Made by a program: the position numbers and the translations under genes
Part shown: positions 1 through 9,591 of the stretch, one piece after another
How positions within the stretch are numbered: the stretch's first letter is position 1
How the letters are laid out: the number at the start of each line of letters is the position of its first letter
Notes under the pieces: generated by a model
Told to the model about the DNA's origin: nothing
What the model saw: the letters and a program-made list of their open reading frames with translations, nothing else
Databases searched by the model: none
Source: Candidatus Latescibacterota bacterium
Lineage (GTDB): Bacteria; Latescibacterota; UBA2968; UBA8231
DNA: 64,000 bases
Reading direction: 5' to 3'
NCBI GenBank assembly: GCA_965206595.1
Contig: OZ242214.1
Coordinates: 4,512,001-4,576,000 of the forward strand

Positions 1-2
1 TC

Positions 3-1820
3 GACGACGACGATCGCGGGGCGGTGGATTATTACAGGAAGGTCGCTGACGGCGAGGTCCGCGTGAGTCAGGCCTCGCATGAGTCGATAAGCAGTGAGGA
101 CCGGGGATCGGTGCGGCATTACCGTCGAGAGCGTCCGCGCCTGACGGAGCTCGAGGTGATCAGTGTCGGGGAAAATCTGGCCCTGGGAATAAAAAACCGG
201 GGGGGCATTGCGCTGGATTACCTCGGAGAGTCGATCTTCACGCTGATCGACGGGGACTTCGGGAGCCTGAAGAACATCAACGCCGGCGACCCTGGCATCC
301 GCAGGCGCCTCTTCTTCGACCTGAACTCCAGCTACTGGATCGACACCTTTCAGGCCTACTACAATACTTTCCGGGCTTCTTTCGGGAATTTCATGGTGCA
401 GACCTCGGACGGCACGCTGGCACCGGACGGCAGCCTCGCGTGGGTGACCCAGGCGACCGAGACGGGGGGAAACGAGTCTCCGGGGGCCGACGCCTACGAG
501 TTCACTACCTTCGCCCCGGTCCCGGCTCGCTACGTCCAAATTCTTTACTGGTCGCCGTCGGCCGGGACAGAATACTACATCCCGCGAGAGCTGCAGCTGT
601 TCGGTGAGGGGTATCAGCCCGAGGTCGAGCTGGTCACCGCCGACCCGATCCGTCTCGGGGAGTCGATGAATCTCGTCTCCGTGGAGTGGGACGCCACCGC
701 TCCTCCCGGCTCCCGGGTGGAGATCCAGACACGCACGGGAAACCGCCTCGCCGAGAAATTCCTCTACTACAACAGCTCCGGAGTAGAGGTGACCGAGGAG
801 GCGTACCGCAAACTCGGCTTCTTCTCCAGGGGGGACTCGGTGGGCGTCTTCATCCCCGGCCCCGACTGGAGCAGCTGGAGCCGTCCCTACCGGGTCTCGG
901 GGGAGCGCATCACCTCTCCCAGTCCGCGCAGCTCATTGATGATGCGGGCGCGCCTGCTTTCCTCGGACCCGCAGGCGGGGGCAAGGCTCGATGCCGTCCG
1001 TCTCAATTTCGTCGAACCCGTGGCCGCGCAGCTTCAAGGTGAGATGGTTCCGGCCGTCGTCGAGGCGCTGGGAGTTGAGCAGGAGTTTTCCCTGTTCGTC
1101 AAGATCAGCGATCAGGCGGATCCCTTCGACGACATCCTTCTGGAGGCGCCGGCGAGCGTCCGCATGCAGTTCGGGCAACTCCTGGTGGGCAGGGAGAGTC
1201 AATGGGAAAGCGAAGATGTCCGACGGGTCGCCGACTCGGAACTGCGGATCATGTCCACGGACGCCGACTCCCTGTGGATTCAACTGGATGAGCCCATACT
1301 TCCCGGAAGCGCGGACCTGATCGAGCTGAAGTTCACCTCCGCGTTGTACGCGCCGGGAGCGGTTTTCACGACCCTTCTCGGCAACTCGAGCCGGGCCGAC
1401 TCGTGGCAGCGCGTCGACGCGGGCGATGCCACCACCCTCGCCGCAGGGGACGGGATGGCCGTGGTGGGACCGATCGGCGGCCGCAGGGTCCTCAGCGAGG
1501 TCGCTATCTCATCTTCCGTGATGACGCCGAACGGGGACGGTGTAAACGACGAGACGACCTTCGAATTCTCGGTGATCAACCTCACCGGGCGCCAGGAGGT
1601 GGAGGTGCGGATCTACGATCTGTCCGGGCGCCTGGTGAACCGGATTACCGAGGAGAGACCCCAGGTGAGCGGAGAATACGAAATATCCTGGAATGGCCGG
1701 GGAGCCGGCGGCGGCACGGTGGTACCCGGCATCTATCTCGTGGCCATCGAGGTCGACACGGACGAAGTCGTAAGCGTCGAGAGTGCGGCGACGCACCGGT
1801 TGGTCCACGTGGTGCATTGA
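3..1820 (+). CDS. Large putative secreted protein with C-terminal FlgD-Ig / gliding-motility (T9SS-like) CTD; 5'-truncated by window edge
   Basis: Frame open from base 3. C-terminus MTPNGDGVND...VRIYDLSGRLV...SWNGRG...VPGIYLV is the FlgD-Ig/CTD pattern. Shares blocks with the ORF at 1954-3930. Confidence 0.75.
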   Translation, partial: DDDDRGAVDYYRKVADGEVRVSQASHESISSEDRGSVRHYRRERPRLTELEVISVGENLALGIKNRGGIALDYLGESIFTLIDGDFGSLKNINAGDPGIRRRLFFDLNSSYWIDTFQAYYNTFRASFGNFMVQTSDGTLAPDGSLAWVTQATETGGNESPGADAYEFTTFAPVPARYVQILYWSPSAGTEYYIPRELQLFGEGYQPEVELVTADPIRLGESMNLVSVEWDATAPPGSRVEIQTRTGNRLAEKFLYYNSSGVEVTEEAYRKLGFFSRGDSVGVFIPGPDWSSWSRPYRVSGERITSPSPRSSLMMRARLLSSDPQAGARLDAVRLNFVEPVAAQLQGEMVPAVVEALGVEQEFSLFVKISDQADPFDDILLEAPASVRMQFGQLLVGRESQWESEDVRRVADSELRIMSTDADSLWIQLDEPILPGSADLIELKFTSALYAPGAVFTTLLGNSSRADSWQRVDAGDATTLAAGDGMAVVGPIGGRRVLSEVAISSSVMTPNGDGVNDETTFEFSVINLTGRQEVEVRIYDLSGRLVNRITEERPQVSGEYEISWNGRGAGGGTVVPGIYLVAIEVDTDEVVSVESAATHRLVHVVH

Positions 1821-1953
1821 GTCTTCTCCGGCAAGCCGAAACCGGCGGAAGCCCGCGATCCTGGATGATCCTGACGGAGGAATCCTGGTTGCCGAGCAGG
1901 TGCGTGGGCGGTAAACCGTTGGGAGGTCGGGGCAGTCTCTGCGATGCGGAGAC

Positions 1954-3930
1954 TCAATAAGCGATGGCGACGAGACGCTGGGCGCGGTCCCGGCCGGTGT
2001 CGGTTTCGACCTCGAGCTGCAGCAGGTAGAGCCCCGGTGCCAGCCGGCCCTTGTCGCCTGTACCATCCCAGGAAACGCTGGAAGGTCCGCTGACGACCCT
2101 TCTTCCCAGCCCGACCCCACGGACCTGCCGGCCTGTCAGATCGTAGACGGCGATGGATGCGGGCACCGCGCCGCTCAGATTCACCAACTCGTACTCTATC
2201 TGCAGGACATCGTTGACGCGATCTCCATTCGGGGAAAACACAGACGAAGACAGGCGCATGCTCCGGATGGACTGATCCGGAATGACCGTGAGGGCTACCC
2301 GGGTCCGGTTGCTGTCGTTCAACTCGTCCGCGTCTCCCTCGGAAACCACTTGCGGCACCTCGAACGGCGCGTCGCCGTCGGAGAGACGGGCGGCGAAGGG
2401 GGTGTCGTAGTCGAAGACCCGGGCCTGGAAGGTCAGCTCGATGAGCATTCCGTTGTGGTTCGAATCGACTCGCGGGATCTGCACGGCGAAGCCCTTTTCA
2501 TCCAGCCGCGTGACCGTGAGGTGGAGGTCGGCGCCGTCCAGGCGGGCAACGGGCTCGACGCTGACGATGCGGGCAGGGGTATCGATGGCGATGCCGTCGA
2601 ATCCGGGATCACCGGGCTCGATCCGGGGCCGCACCTGGTAGGTGAAGGAGGTAACCTCGCCAACCGCGGCAGCGGCGGGGGCGATCTCGCCTGTTGCGCG
2701 CGTGACCAGGGGCGGCGAGGCCGCAAACTGCAGGTAGTCGACCCGGCCGCCCGACTCGGGGGTCGAATGGAAGGCGACTTCGAACTGCACGAAGCGGCGT
2801 GGGCGGTCGGCGTGAACCTTCCCCCTTTCGGCGGGGAAATCGTAGGCGGCGTTCCAGGTTACCCAGTTTTCGTTGTCGTGGTTGACATCCCCTCTCTCCC
2901 CCGATTCCAGGCGCTTGTACTGGGGGCCCGTAAGCGGCGCGCCGGTCCTTGAATAGGGGACCTGTTCGTCCCCCCGGAAGGTTTTGCGCCAGTATACGTT
3001 GGGCTGGTCGTCGTCACCGCTGCGCATGGTGATGTCGACGCGGGCATCCGGGTCTTCCCCCTGCTGTCCTGCCCAGGTCAGCTCTCCCAGGTTGAGAGCT
3101 TCGCCAAGGTCGATGATGTTGGATGTGTATCTCGCGAACGGGGCAAGGCCGCTGGCGTAGATCTCGAATTCTGCGACCTCCCACCACAAGTCTCCCTGGC
3201 CGAAAATCTGGAAGAGCAGGCGCTGGGTGGGGATGGAAGGGAACCTCAGATCGACCACGTCACGACCCGGGCCCTCGTGAACGACTTCGAAGTCGTAGCG
3301 CATCGCCGGGTCGACGGTGCCCGCATACGACAGTTTGTATGGCCGCGTCCCTTCCTTGACAGGGTTTCCGTCGTTCGTGGCGATCAGAAACCGGGGAACC
3401 GGGTCCTCGCCGCCGGATCTGCACGTGGCCGCTGCCCTCCAGCCAAAGCCACACGTGATGAGGTTGCCGTCATCATGACGAGTGTAGAAACGTATGCGCT
3501 CGAGGTGGACCTGCCGCTGCAGATCGAACATGTAGATAATGCCGGTGTTATCCGTGTAATAGGAATCGGCATCCTCGTCGGCCATTCGAACCGACAATCG
3601 GCGGTACGAGGATCCTGAACGCGCAGCGATCTCCCACTTTCCCCCCAGGTAACGGAAGTTTTCATCCAATGTGGCAGGCGTCAGATTCACGTTGGACTCC
3701 ATAGTCTCCGGAGCGATCGCGCCGGGTTGGATATCCAGCCCGACCGAACCTCCGAAGCGGTCGGCATCGACGTCTTCCCAGGAAAGTTGCACGAAATCGA
3801 AAGCCCCGCCTTGGAGGCCGGGCTCCGGCGCATCTGCCCCGCCCAGACGATATACGGTCAGTGCGTCTCCGGTGGCCGCCGCGCAAACCACCGCAAAAGC
3901 GATGGCCGGCAGTCGAAGGTTCAGAGGCAT
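1954..3930 (-). CDS. Secreted protein with signal peptide and C-terminal FlgD-Ig / T9SS-like CTD (paralog of 3-1820)
   Basis: ATG at 3930 gives MPLNLRLPAIAFAVVCAAATGDA (signal-peptide-like). C-terminus FSPNGDRVND...VYDLTGRQV...SWDG...APGLYLL. Confidence 0.8.
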   Translation of the reverse strand: MPLNLRLPAIAFAVVCAAATGDALTVYRLGGADAPEPGLQGGAFDFVQLSWEDVDADRFGGSVGLDIQPGAIAPETMESNVNLTPATLDENFRYLGGKWEIAARSGSSYRRLSVRMADEDADSYYTDNTGIIYMFDLQRQVHLERIRFYTRHDDGNLITCGFGWRAAATCRSGGEDPVPRFLIATNDGNPVKEGTRPYKLSYAGTVDPAMRYDFEVVHEGPGRDVVDLRFPSIPTQRLLFQIFGQGDLWWEVAEFEIYASGLAPFARYTSNIIDLGEALNLGELTWAGQQGEDPDARVDITMRSGDDDQPNVYWRKTFRGDEQVPYSRTGAPLTGPQYKRLESGERGDVNHDNENWVTWNAAYDFPAERGKVHADRPRRFVQFEVAFHSTPESGGRVDYLQFAASPPLVTRATGEIAPAAAAVGEVTSFTYQVRPRIEPGDPGFDGIAIDTPARIVSVEPVARLDGADLHLTVTRLDEKGFAVQIPRVDSNHNGMLIELTFQARVFDYDTPFAARLSDGDAPFEVPQVVSEGDADELNDSNRTRVALTVIPDQSIRSMRLSSSVFSPNGDRVNDVLQIEYELVNLSGAVPASIAVYDLTGRQVRGVGLGRRVVSGPSSVSWDGTGDKGRLAPGLYLLQLEVETDTGRDRAQRLVAIAY

Positions 3931-4171
3931 TGGGTAGGGTCTGGGAGACTCGGCAAATAATGGAAGGGAGCGGAGAGCGGTCGGTGTCGGGCACCCCGAT
4001 GGTTGATCAAACTCTGCAACTCCCGGACGGTCTGCAATGTTCAGCTTCGAAATGAGACGGTCTCTTCGTGGCTGATACACCGGAAAAGAACCCGGGCTGC
4101 CGGACCCGCGCGTTTCCGCCCGGATTGCCCGATGCCGAGATGTCGATGCCATATGTGTGAAATTGCCGCGG

Positions 4172-4666
4172 CTATACCAAAATGGATTCGTTCAGGCGCA
4201 CCCCGAAGCCCGGGCCATCGCCGAGAGTCAGGCAGCCGTCCTCCGGCTCAGGCGCGTCCAGCCACAGCTTCTCCTGCGCCCTGTGCCGGTTGCCCAGCAC
4301 CAGCTCGGCCAGGTCCGCACAGGCCGTTCCCGCGATGACGTGAAGCCCCCAGGGCTCCCCGCCCCGATGCAGAACCGCGGGCACGCCGGCCGCCTGTGCC
4401 TGCTCGACAATGCGCAGGGTCGCGGTGATGCCCCCGTACCAGGTCACGTCCGGCTGCCAGATGTCGAGCGCACCCGCCCGGGCGATGGCGGCGAAGCGAT
4501 GCGGGGTGAGGTCGTGCTCCCCCCCGGGAGGCCTCCGCCGCAGCCGCAGCCAGCTGACGCCCGCGTCGGTCTCCACGCGCACGACGATCTGCCACAGGTA
4601 AGGGCGCCAACCCTTCAGCGGCTGGCGGTAGTTCGGGTACCCGGCCTGCACTTCGGTGATCTTCAC
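4172..4666 (-). pseudogene. Mandelate racemase/enolase-superfamily gene with large internal deletion
   Basis: N-terminal MKITEV...VVRVETDAGV joins directly to the C-terminal barrel part GEH...DIWQPDVTWYGGIT...GPGFG. Only 164 aa; the central barrel is missing. Confidence 0.75.
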
Positions 4667-4751
4667 TGGGTTGTTCCGGTTTTGCGGTTGTTGTGTACTG
4701 TTTGGACCGGCCGGACCTGGGGACAGCCGGTCCTCCCGGGACTCTTCGCCG

Positions 4752-5396
4752 CTACGCGGTCAGGGCGTCCATCAGGGCTTGGGCGATCACCAGGTGTCCG
4801 GCCTGGTTGGGGTGGACCGGTTCCGGACAGAAGGTATCGGCATCGCGGTATTGGAGCTGCCGTTGGAAGATTTCGTGGAGGCGCACCAGGCGGGCGTCGA
4901 AGCGCTCCGCCAACCCCTCCACCGCTTCGATGTACCGAGGCAACAGTTCGAGCACCTGGCTGCGAATGTTCCGGCCGCCGTGGTCGGTGGAAATGTAGAA
5001 CGGAGTCAGAATTACGAGAGGACAGCCCAACTCGTCCCGGGTGATCTCCAGAATCTGTTCATAGACGGCGGCGAAACAGGCTGGATCGACGCCGTCTTCG
5101 GCGCCGCGCAAATGACTGTGCAGGTCGTTGATGCCGATCTTGACGGACAGCCGGTGCGGCCGGTGGTAGAGCACGTCGTCCCGCCAGCGGGCGGCCAGGT
5201 CGGTGACGCGGTTGCCGCCGATACCCTTGTTGATGTAGCGGACCCGCCGCTCGGGGAAGCGGGCATTGGCCAACTCGGCGAACAGGCGAACGTACCCGTT
5301 GCCCAGTGGGGCCTCGGCACCGCGCCGGCCGCAGTCGGTTATGCTGTCGCCGATGAACAGCAGAGTTTGTCCGTCTTCAATCCAATGGTGGTCCAT
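4752..5396 (-). CDS. SGNH/GDSL hydrolase (lipase/esterase)
   Basis: FIGDSITD (block I), NKGIGG (II), IGIND (III), EPVHPN (V). Confidence 0.9.
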   Translation of the reverse strand: MDHHWIEDGQTLLFIGDSITDCGRRGAEAPLGNGYVRLFAELANARFPERRVRYINKGIGGNRVTDLAARWRDDVLYHRPHRLSVKIGINDLHSHLRGAEDGVDPACFAAVYEQILEITRDELGCPLVILTPFYISTDHGGRNIRSQVLELLPRYIEAVEGLAERFDARLVRLHEIFQRQLQYRDADTFCPEPVHPNQAGHLVIAQALMDALTA

Positions 5397-5470
5397 GGAT
5401 ATTCCTCCCGGTTTGGAGTAAGTGCCTCAGAGAGCCGACTATCATTCATATAGCCAAAAGGGGATACAGG

Positions 5471-6376
5471 ATGAGCGAAGCTTACGTAGTGGACAAGAAC
5501 CTGGGGCAGCCGTTGCTGGTGGAAGAAGGCGACCTGCCGCAGAAAAACGCCGACGGCGAGCCGGTCGTCGAGCTGACCGACGAGCAGAAATACCTTTTCG
5601 ATGTACACGGGTGGCTCCTGGTGCCCGGGGTACTGGCCGGCGACGAGATCGAGGCCATGCGCGAGTACGCGTTGCGCGTCCTGAACCAACCGGAGGCGCT
5701 GCCGGAACACGAGCGTTCCTTTGTCGCCGGGCCGCTGGAGAAGCTGACCGACCATCCGGTGGTAGTGGGGTTCCTCAACGAGTTCCTGGCGTTTCCGGGG
5801 CTTTCGAGCGCCGAATGCTACGGGTTCCGGATGGAGGGCAGCGGCTTGCGCAATCCGGCGGCGGCCCCCGGGCGGGAGGGGGCTTTCAATCCGCACAACG
5901 GCAGCGGCTTCTTCCGCTTCGCCGTGGACTCCCACCACTACCAGAGTATTCCCGGCAAGTCCTTCAGCGGGTTGACGCGGGTGGTGTGGGAACTGGCACC
6001 GGTCAAAATGAGGCAGGGCGGTACGCTCCTGGCCACGGGAAGCCACAAGGCCGCGTACCCCGCTCCCGCCGCCATTCAGGATCCGCATTCGGCCGTGTGG
6101 GAAACCTACGAATGCCCGGCAGGGTCGGTGCTTTTCTTCACCGAAGCCCTTGCGCACAGCACCTCTCCGTGGACCAATACCGGAAACGAGCGGACGGCCA
6201 TCTTCAACCTCTACAACAGCGTCGGCTCGCGCTGGAGCTCGTGGTCGCCGCCGGCCGAACTCGTCGAGCGGATGCCCCCGATGCGGCAGACCCTCTTTCG
6301 CGGAACCTACTGCGCCGACAACGTGCCGGGCTTTCGCTACGGCGGGCAGAACCAGCGGGACCGCCCGCTGGCCTGA
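5471..6376 (+). CDS. Phytanoyl-CoA dioxygenase (PhyH) family Fe/2OG-type enzyme
   Basis: LTDEQKYLFDVHGWLLVPGVL, GGT...GSHKA, AGSVLFFTEALAH, ERTAIF. Confidence 0.85.
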   Translation: MSEAYVVDKNLGQPLLVEEGDLPQKNADGEPVVELTDEQKYLFDVHGWLLVPGVLAGDEIEAMREYALRVLNQPEALPEHERSFVAGPLEKLTDHPVVVGFLNEFLAFPGLSSAECYGFRMEGSGLRNPAAAPGREGAFNPHNGSGFFRFAVDSHHYQSIPGKSFSGLTRVVWELAPVKMRQGGTLLATGSHKAAYPAPAAIQDPHSAVWETYECPAGSVLFFTEALAHSTSPWTNTGNERTAIFNLYNSVGSRWSSWSPPAELVERMPPMRQTLFRGTYCADNVPGFRYGGQNQRDRPLA

Positions 6377-6514
6377 CGGCAAGCACTTGCTGCAGGCAGA
6401 CCTCCTTTTCCTGAGGACCGGGCTCGCTCCGGGAAGAGGGAGAGCCTGAAGAACCACATTTCGCAGGTCGTTCTGTCGCGCTGGCACAGGGCGGTCTCAG
6501 AAGGAAGTCGGTTT

Positions 6515-7528
6515 ATGTATATCCAGGACCAGGTTTCCATCGACGATCTCGACGACGGTCATTTGAGCTTCTTCCATGCGATCGGAGTGGACTCGATCCA
6601 TCTGGAACTGCGCGGGGGAGCCCCCGCTGCAGGACACCGAGGCGGTACCGGCGCGGCCAGTACCTCGCTGGCGCGGGACTTGAAGGCCGGCAAGGACTGC
6701 ACCGACGTGTTGGCGCAGGCGCGGGAGAAGGTCGAGGCGCACGGCATGAAATTGAACAACATCTTCATGCCCGCCTGGGAGGAGATCACCCTGGCCGAGG
6801 AGGACGTAGACGAAAAGATCGGCCACTGGTGCAGGATGCTGACGAGTGTCGGCCAAGCCGGGATTCCCTGCGTCGGCTGGAACTTCAAGCCGATGGGCAA
6901 CTTCCGCACCCCTGCGGACAGGGGCAGGGGCGGTGCGCGATACAGCACCTTCGACTACGCCATTTTCGACAGGAACCGGCCCGAGCCGCACGAGCCCGCG
7001 GTGGACGAGGCGCAGATGTGGGCGCGGATGGAGCGGTTCCTGGCCGCGGCGATCCCCGCGGCCGAGAAGGCGGCTGTGCGCATGGCCCTGCACCCGGACG
7101 ACCCGCCGATTCCCGAGCCGCTGGCAGGCGTGGCGCAGATCTGTTCCACCCTGGAGCAGTTCCGCAGGATCTTCTTCGAGATCGCTCCGAGCGACAGCAA
7201 CTGCATGCTCTTCTGCCAGGGGTGCATGACCGAGCTGCTGGGGCCGGAAAAGATCTACGACGCCATCGCCGAGATGGCTTCAGAGGGCAAGATCGCCTGG
7301 GTGCACTTCCGCAACGTGCGCGGGCAGCTGCCGCGGTTTACCGAGGTGTTCGTCGACGAGGGGGAGGTGGACATGCGGCGGGCGATGGAGGCCTACCGGG
7401 ACAACGGGTTCAACGGGCCGTACATGATGGACCACACGCCGTCATTTGCGCACGGGTACGGCCCGTTGCACGGGAAGGCGTATGCCATCGGGTACATCCG
7501 GGCATTGATACAGATGGTGTACGGGTAG
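6515..7528 (+). CDS. uxuA: Mannonate dehydratase (UxuA) family protein
   Basis: MALHPDDPP, FCQG, VHFRNVRG, FxEVFVDEGEVDM, MMDHTP, AYAIGYI. Confidence 0.8.
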   Translation: MYIQDQVSIDDLDDGHLSFFHAIGVDSIHLELRGGAPAAGHRGGTGAASTSLARDLKAGKDCTDVLAQAREKVEAHGMKLNNIFMPAWEEITLAEEDVDEKIGHWCRMLTSVGQAGIPCVGWNFKPMGNFRTPADRGRGGARYSTFDYAIFDRNRPEPHEPAVDEAQMWARMERFLAAAIPAAEKAAVRMALHPDDPPIPEPLAGVAQICSTLEQFRRIFFEIAPSDSNCMLFCQGCMTELLGPEKIYDAIAEMASEGKIAWVHFRNVRGQLPRFTEVFVDEGEVDMRRAMEAYRDNGFNGPYMMDHTPSFAHGYGPLHGKAYAIGYIRALIQMVYG

Positions 7529-7640
7529 GCAGGGGCGTTGACCTGAGCGATCGATCCTGGGACTGGCCGTGAGAATATCTCCGGTCCTCTCCGACCGCAT
7601 CCCCTTCAGACAGGCAAGCGCTTCCGGAACGGATATGGGA

Positions 7641-8450
7641 TCATCCCCGGTAGAGCCGTGAGCCTTTGTCCTCCCCCCGGTAGTGCGGTGCCGAGATGAC
7701 GGCCTTCTGGGCAGCGGTCAGTTCGTCGTAGAACGGCGGCGGTGTGTAAGTCCCCATCAGCGACTCACCCATGGCACCGGAGTTGTAGCGGATAATCACC
7801 GCACGCCGCTGGTGTTTGGCGGTCCACGGCAGTGCGCCGTGCATCAGGCATTCGACAAACAGGATGGCATCGCCAGCTTTCGCGGAAGGTGTGACGATCC
7901 GATCCTGATGCGTGTGATAGAGCCGGATATCGTCCGGGCACGGGAAGTTCGCCTTATGGCTTCCGGGCAGGCAGGCGAAGCCGCCATCTCCCGGCTCCAC
8001 ATCGGTCAACTGAACAGCCATGTTGGTCATGCCGCAGTACATGCGCCCGTTGCGATAGAGGAAACCCCGTGAACGGTCATGCGGCTCGCCCCCTTCGTGG
8101 AACCAGAAGCCCTCCGCTCCCTCGTCCATCGTGATGATGCCGAGCCCCTCGAGTCGGAATCCCGGTCCCAGCAACTCCTGCAGGTACGGCGTGAGTCGGG
8201 GGTGGGCGATCATTTCGCGGAACACATCGCAGTGGGGCTTTTCCCACGTCAGCATTCCGCCCAGATCGCCGCGCCCGGTAGTCCCGCGCAAGGTTGCCGA
8301 TTCGTTGGCGAGGTCGTTCTGACGGATGCCGATCTCACCTGCGTGGTGGTCGACTGCCGCATTCGCCGCCGCGACTTCCGCCGCTGGGAGGGCTGCTTCT
8401 ATCACCAGGTATCCGTGTACGTCGAACAGGTATTTTTCCGCTTCGGTCAT
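7641..8450 (-). CDS. Phytanoyl-CoA dioxygenase (PhyH) family protein
   Basis: EKYLFDVHGYLVI, DGGFACLPGSHKANF, KAGDAILFVECLMHGALPW, RRAVIIRY. Confidence 0.85.
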   Translation of the reverse strand: MTEAEKYLFDVHGYLVIEAALPAAEVAAANAAVDHHAGEIGIRQNDLANESATLRGTTGRGDLGGMLTWEKPHCDVFREMIAHPRLTPYLQELLGPGFRLEGLGIITMDEGAEGFWFHEGGEPHDRSRGFLYRNGRMYCGMTNMAVQLTDVEPGDGGFACLPGSHKANFPCPDDIRLYHTHQDRIVTPSAKAGDAILFVECLMHGALPWTAKHQRRAVIIRYNSGAMGESLMGTYTPPPFYDELTAAQKAVISAPHYRGEDKGSRLYRG

Positions 8451-8667
8451 GTCTCGTTCCTCCCATTATCCTGCCGGACCGACAACTATGGTTTCATGTC
8501 TGTTTCGGGATCCGCAGTCAGTCCAGGAGAGGGTCCTCCTGCCACGACCCGGGCCCCGCGAGGGGCTGTGCCCGTGTAAAACTCGGGCGAAGAGCGGTCT
8601 CATCAACCGCTAGCACATTTCCGGCGGAGAGAATGGCAGCTGCCTCCGCCAGCGGACCGACCCCCGG

Positions 8668-9420
8668 TCACAGGTTTCCGTCCAGCCAGTCCGGCACTCC
8701 GGGCACCAGGTCTGCAAGCACCCGGCGACTGAGCACCAGGCCCCAGTGCGAGGAGTCGCGAACGACAACCTGGTCATCGGCCAGGCCGACCCCGCGATAA
8801 CTCGGCTCCGTCGGGTAGTAGCCGTCAAGCCCCCCCATGATTTCGAGCATCGGGCAGGGCATCTGCTCGATGAGAATCCCCCTGCGCCGCTGACATCCCA
8901 CCAACATCGACTCGCTGCACAGGGACGACTGGGCGATGCGCCGTTCTTCCACCGTCAGGTCGGGCATGTACGGCAACAGGAATGGATCGCCGTCCAGGGT
9001 GTAGCCGATCTCTGCCGGCGTTTGCACGCCGTAGACCATTTCCACGGACTCATCCACCCTGTCGGCCGGCGGGTCGGGGTCGAGCGCGACACATCCGGCG
9101 TACCCGCCCCGGGACGCGGCGATGACGGCGATGTGACCGCCCATGCTCCACCCCACCACGACCGGCGGGGCATCCAGCTGGCGGGCGACGGCGTTGACGT
9201 CGTCGACGTATTCGAAGATGCCGACCCGGGAAAGATCGACCGCGGCGCTGTCCCCGTGGCCCCGGAGATCGAGGTTGAAGGTCGGCCATCCCGCCTCGGC
9301 GAATGCCACCTCCCAGAAGGTCCAGACAGAACCTGACGTCCCCGCCCCGTGTACGAAGACGACCGGCGGCCTTCCGGTCGACCTGGACGGGACCCTGGCG
9401 GTAACGGAAATCACGGTCAT
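8668..9420 (-). CDS. Alpha/beta-fold hydrolase
   Basis: VFVHGAG, DLRGHG, nucleophile elbow GWSMGG, C-terminal His (SSHWG). Confidence 0.85.
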   Translation of the reverse strand: MTVISVTARVPSRSTGRPPVVFVHGAGTSGSVWTFWEVAFAEAGWPTFNLDLRGHGDSAAVDLSRVGIFEYVDDVNAVARQLDAPPVVVGWSMGGHIAVIAASRGGYAGCVALDPDPPADRVDESVEMVYGVQTPAEIGYTLDGDPFLLPYMPDLTVEERRIAQSSLCSESMLVGCQRRRGILIEQMPCPMLEIMGGLDGYYPTEPSYRGVGLADDQVVVRDSSHWGLVLSRRVLADLVPGVPDWLDGNL

Positions 9421-9591
9421 GCCGTTATCCTCCGAAATACGCGAGCGGATTGGTCGAGAAACCCGATCTCGCTTGGGAAAGTCGGAACGAATCGAGGAGG
9501 ATCATGAGGGGGAGGGAGCCAGCCCAACGTATGTGGGCCCCGTTCGAGGCGCCGCAAAGGGACCGGATCACGGCGCAGCCGGTCCTGAAAT

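Noticed and set aside
1858-1890. Three ATCCTG words in the convergent intergenic gap
   Set aside because: Too short and irregular to distinguish from chance.
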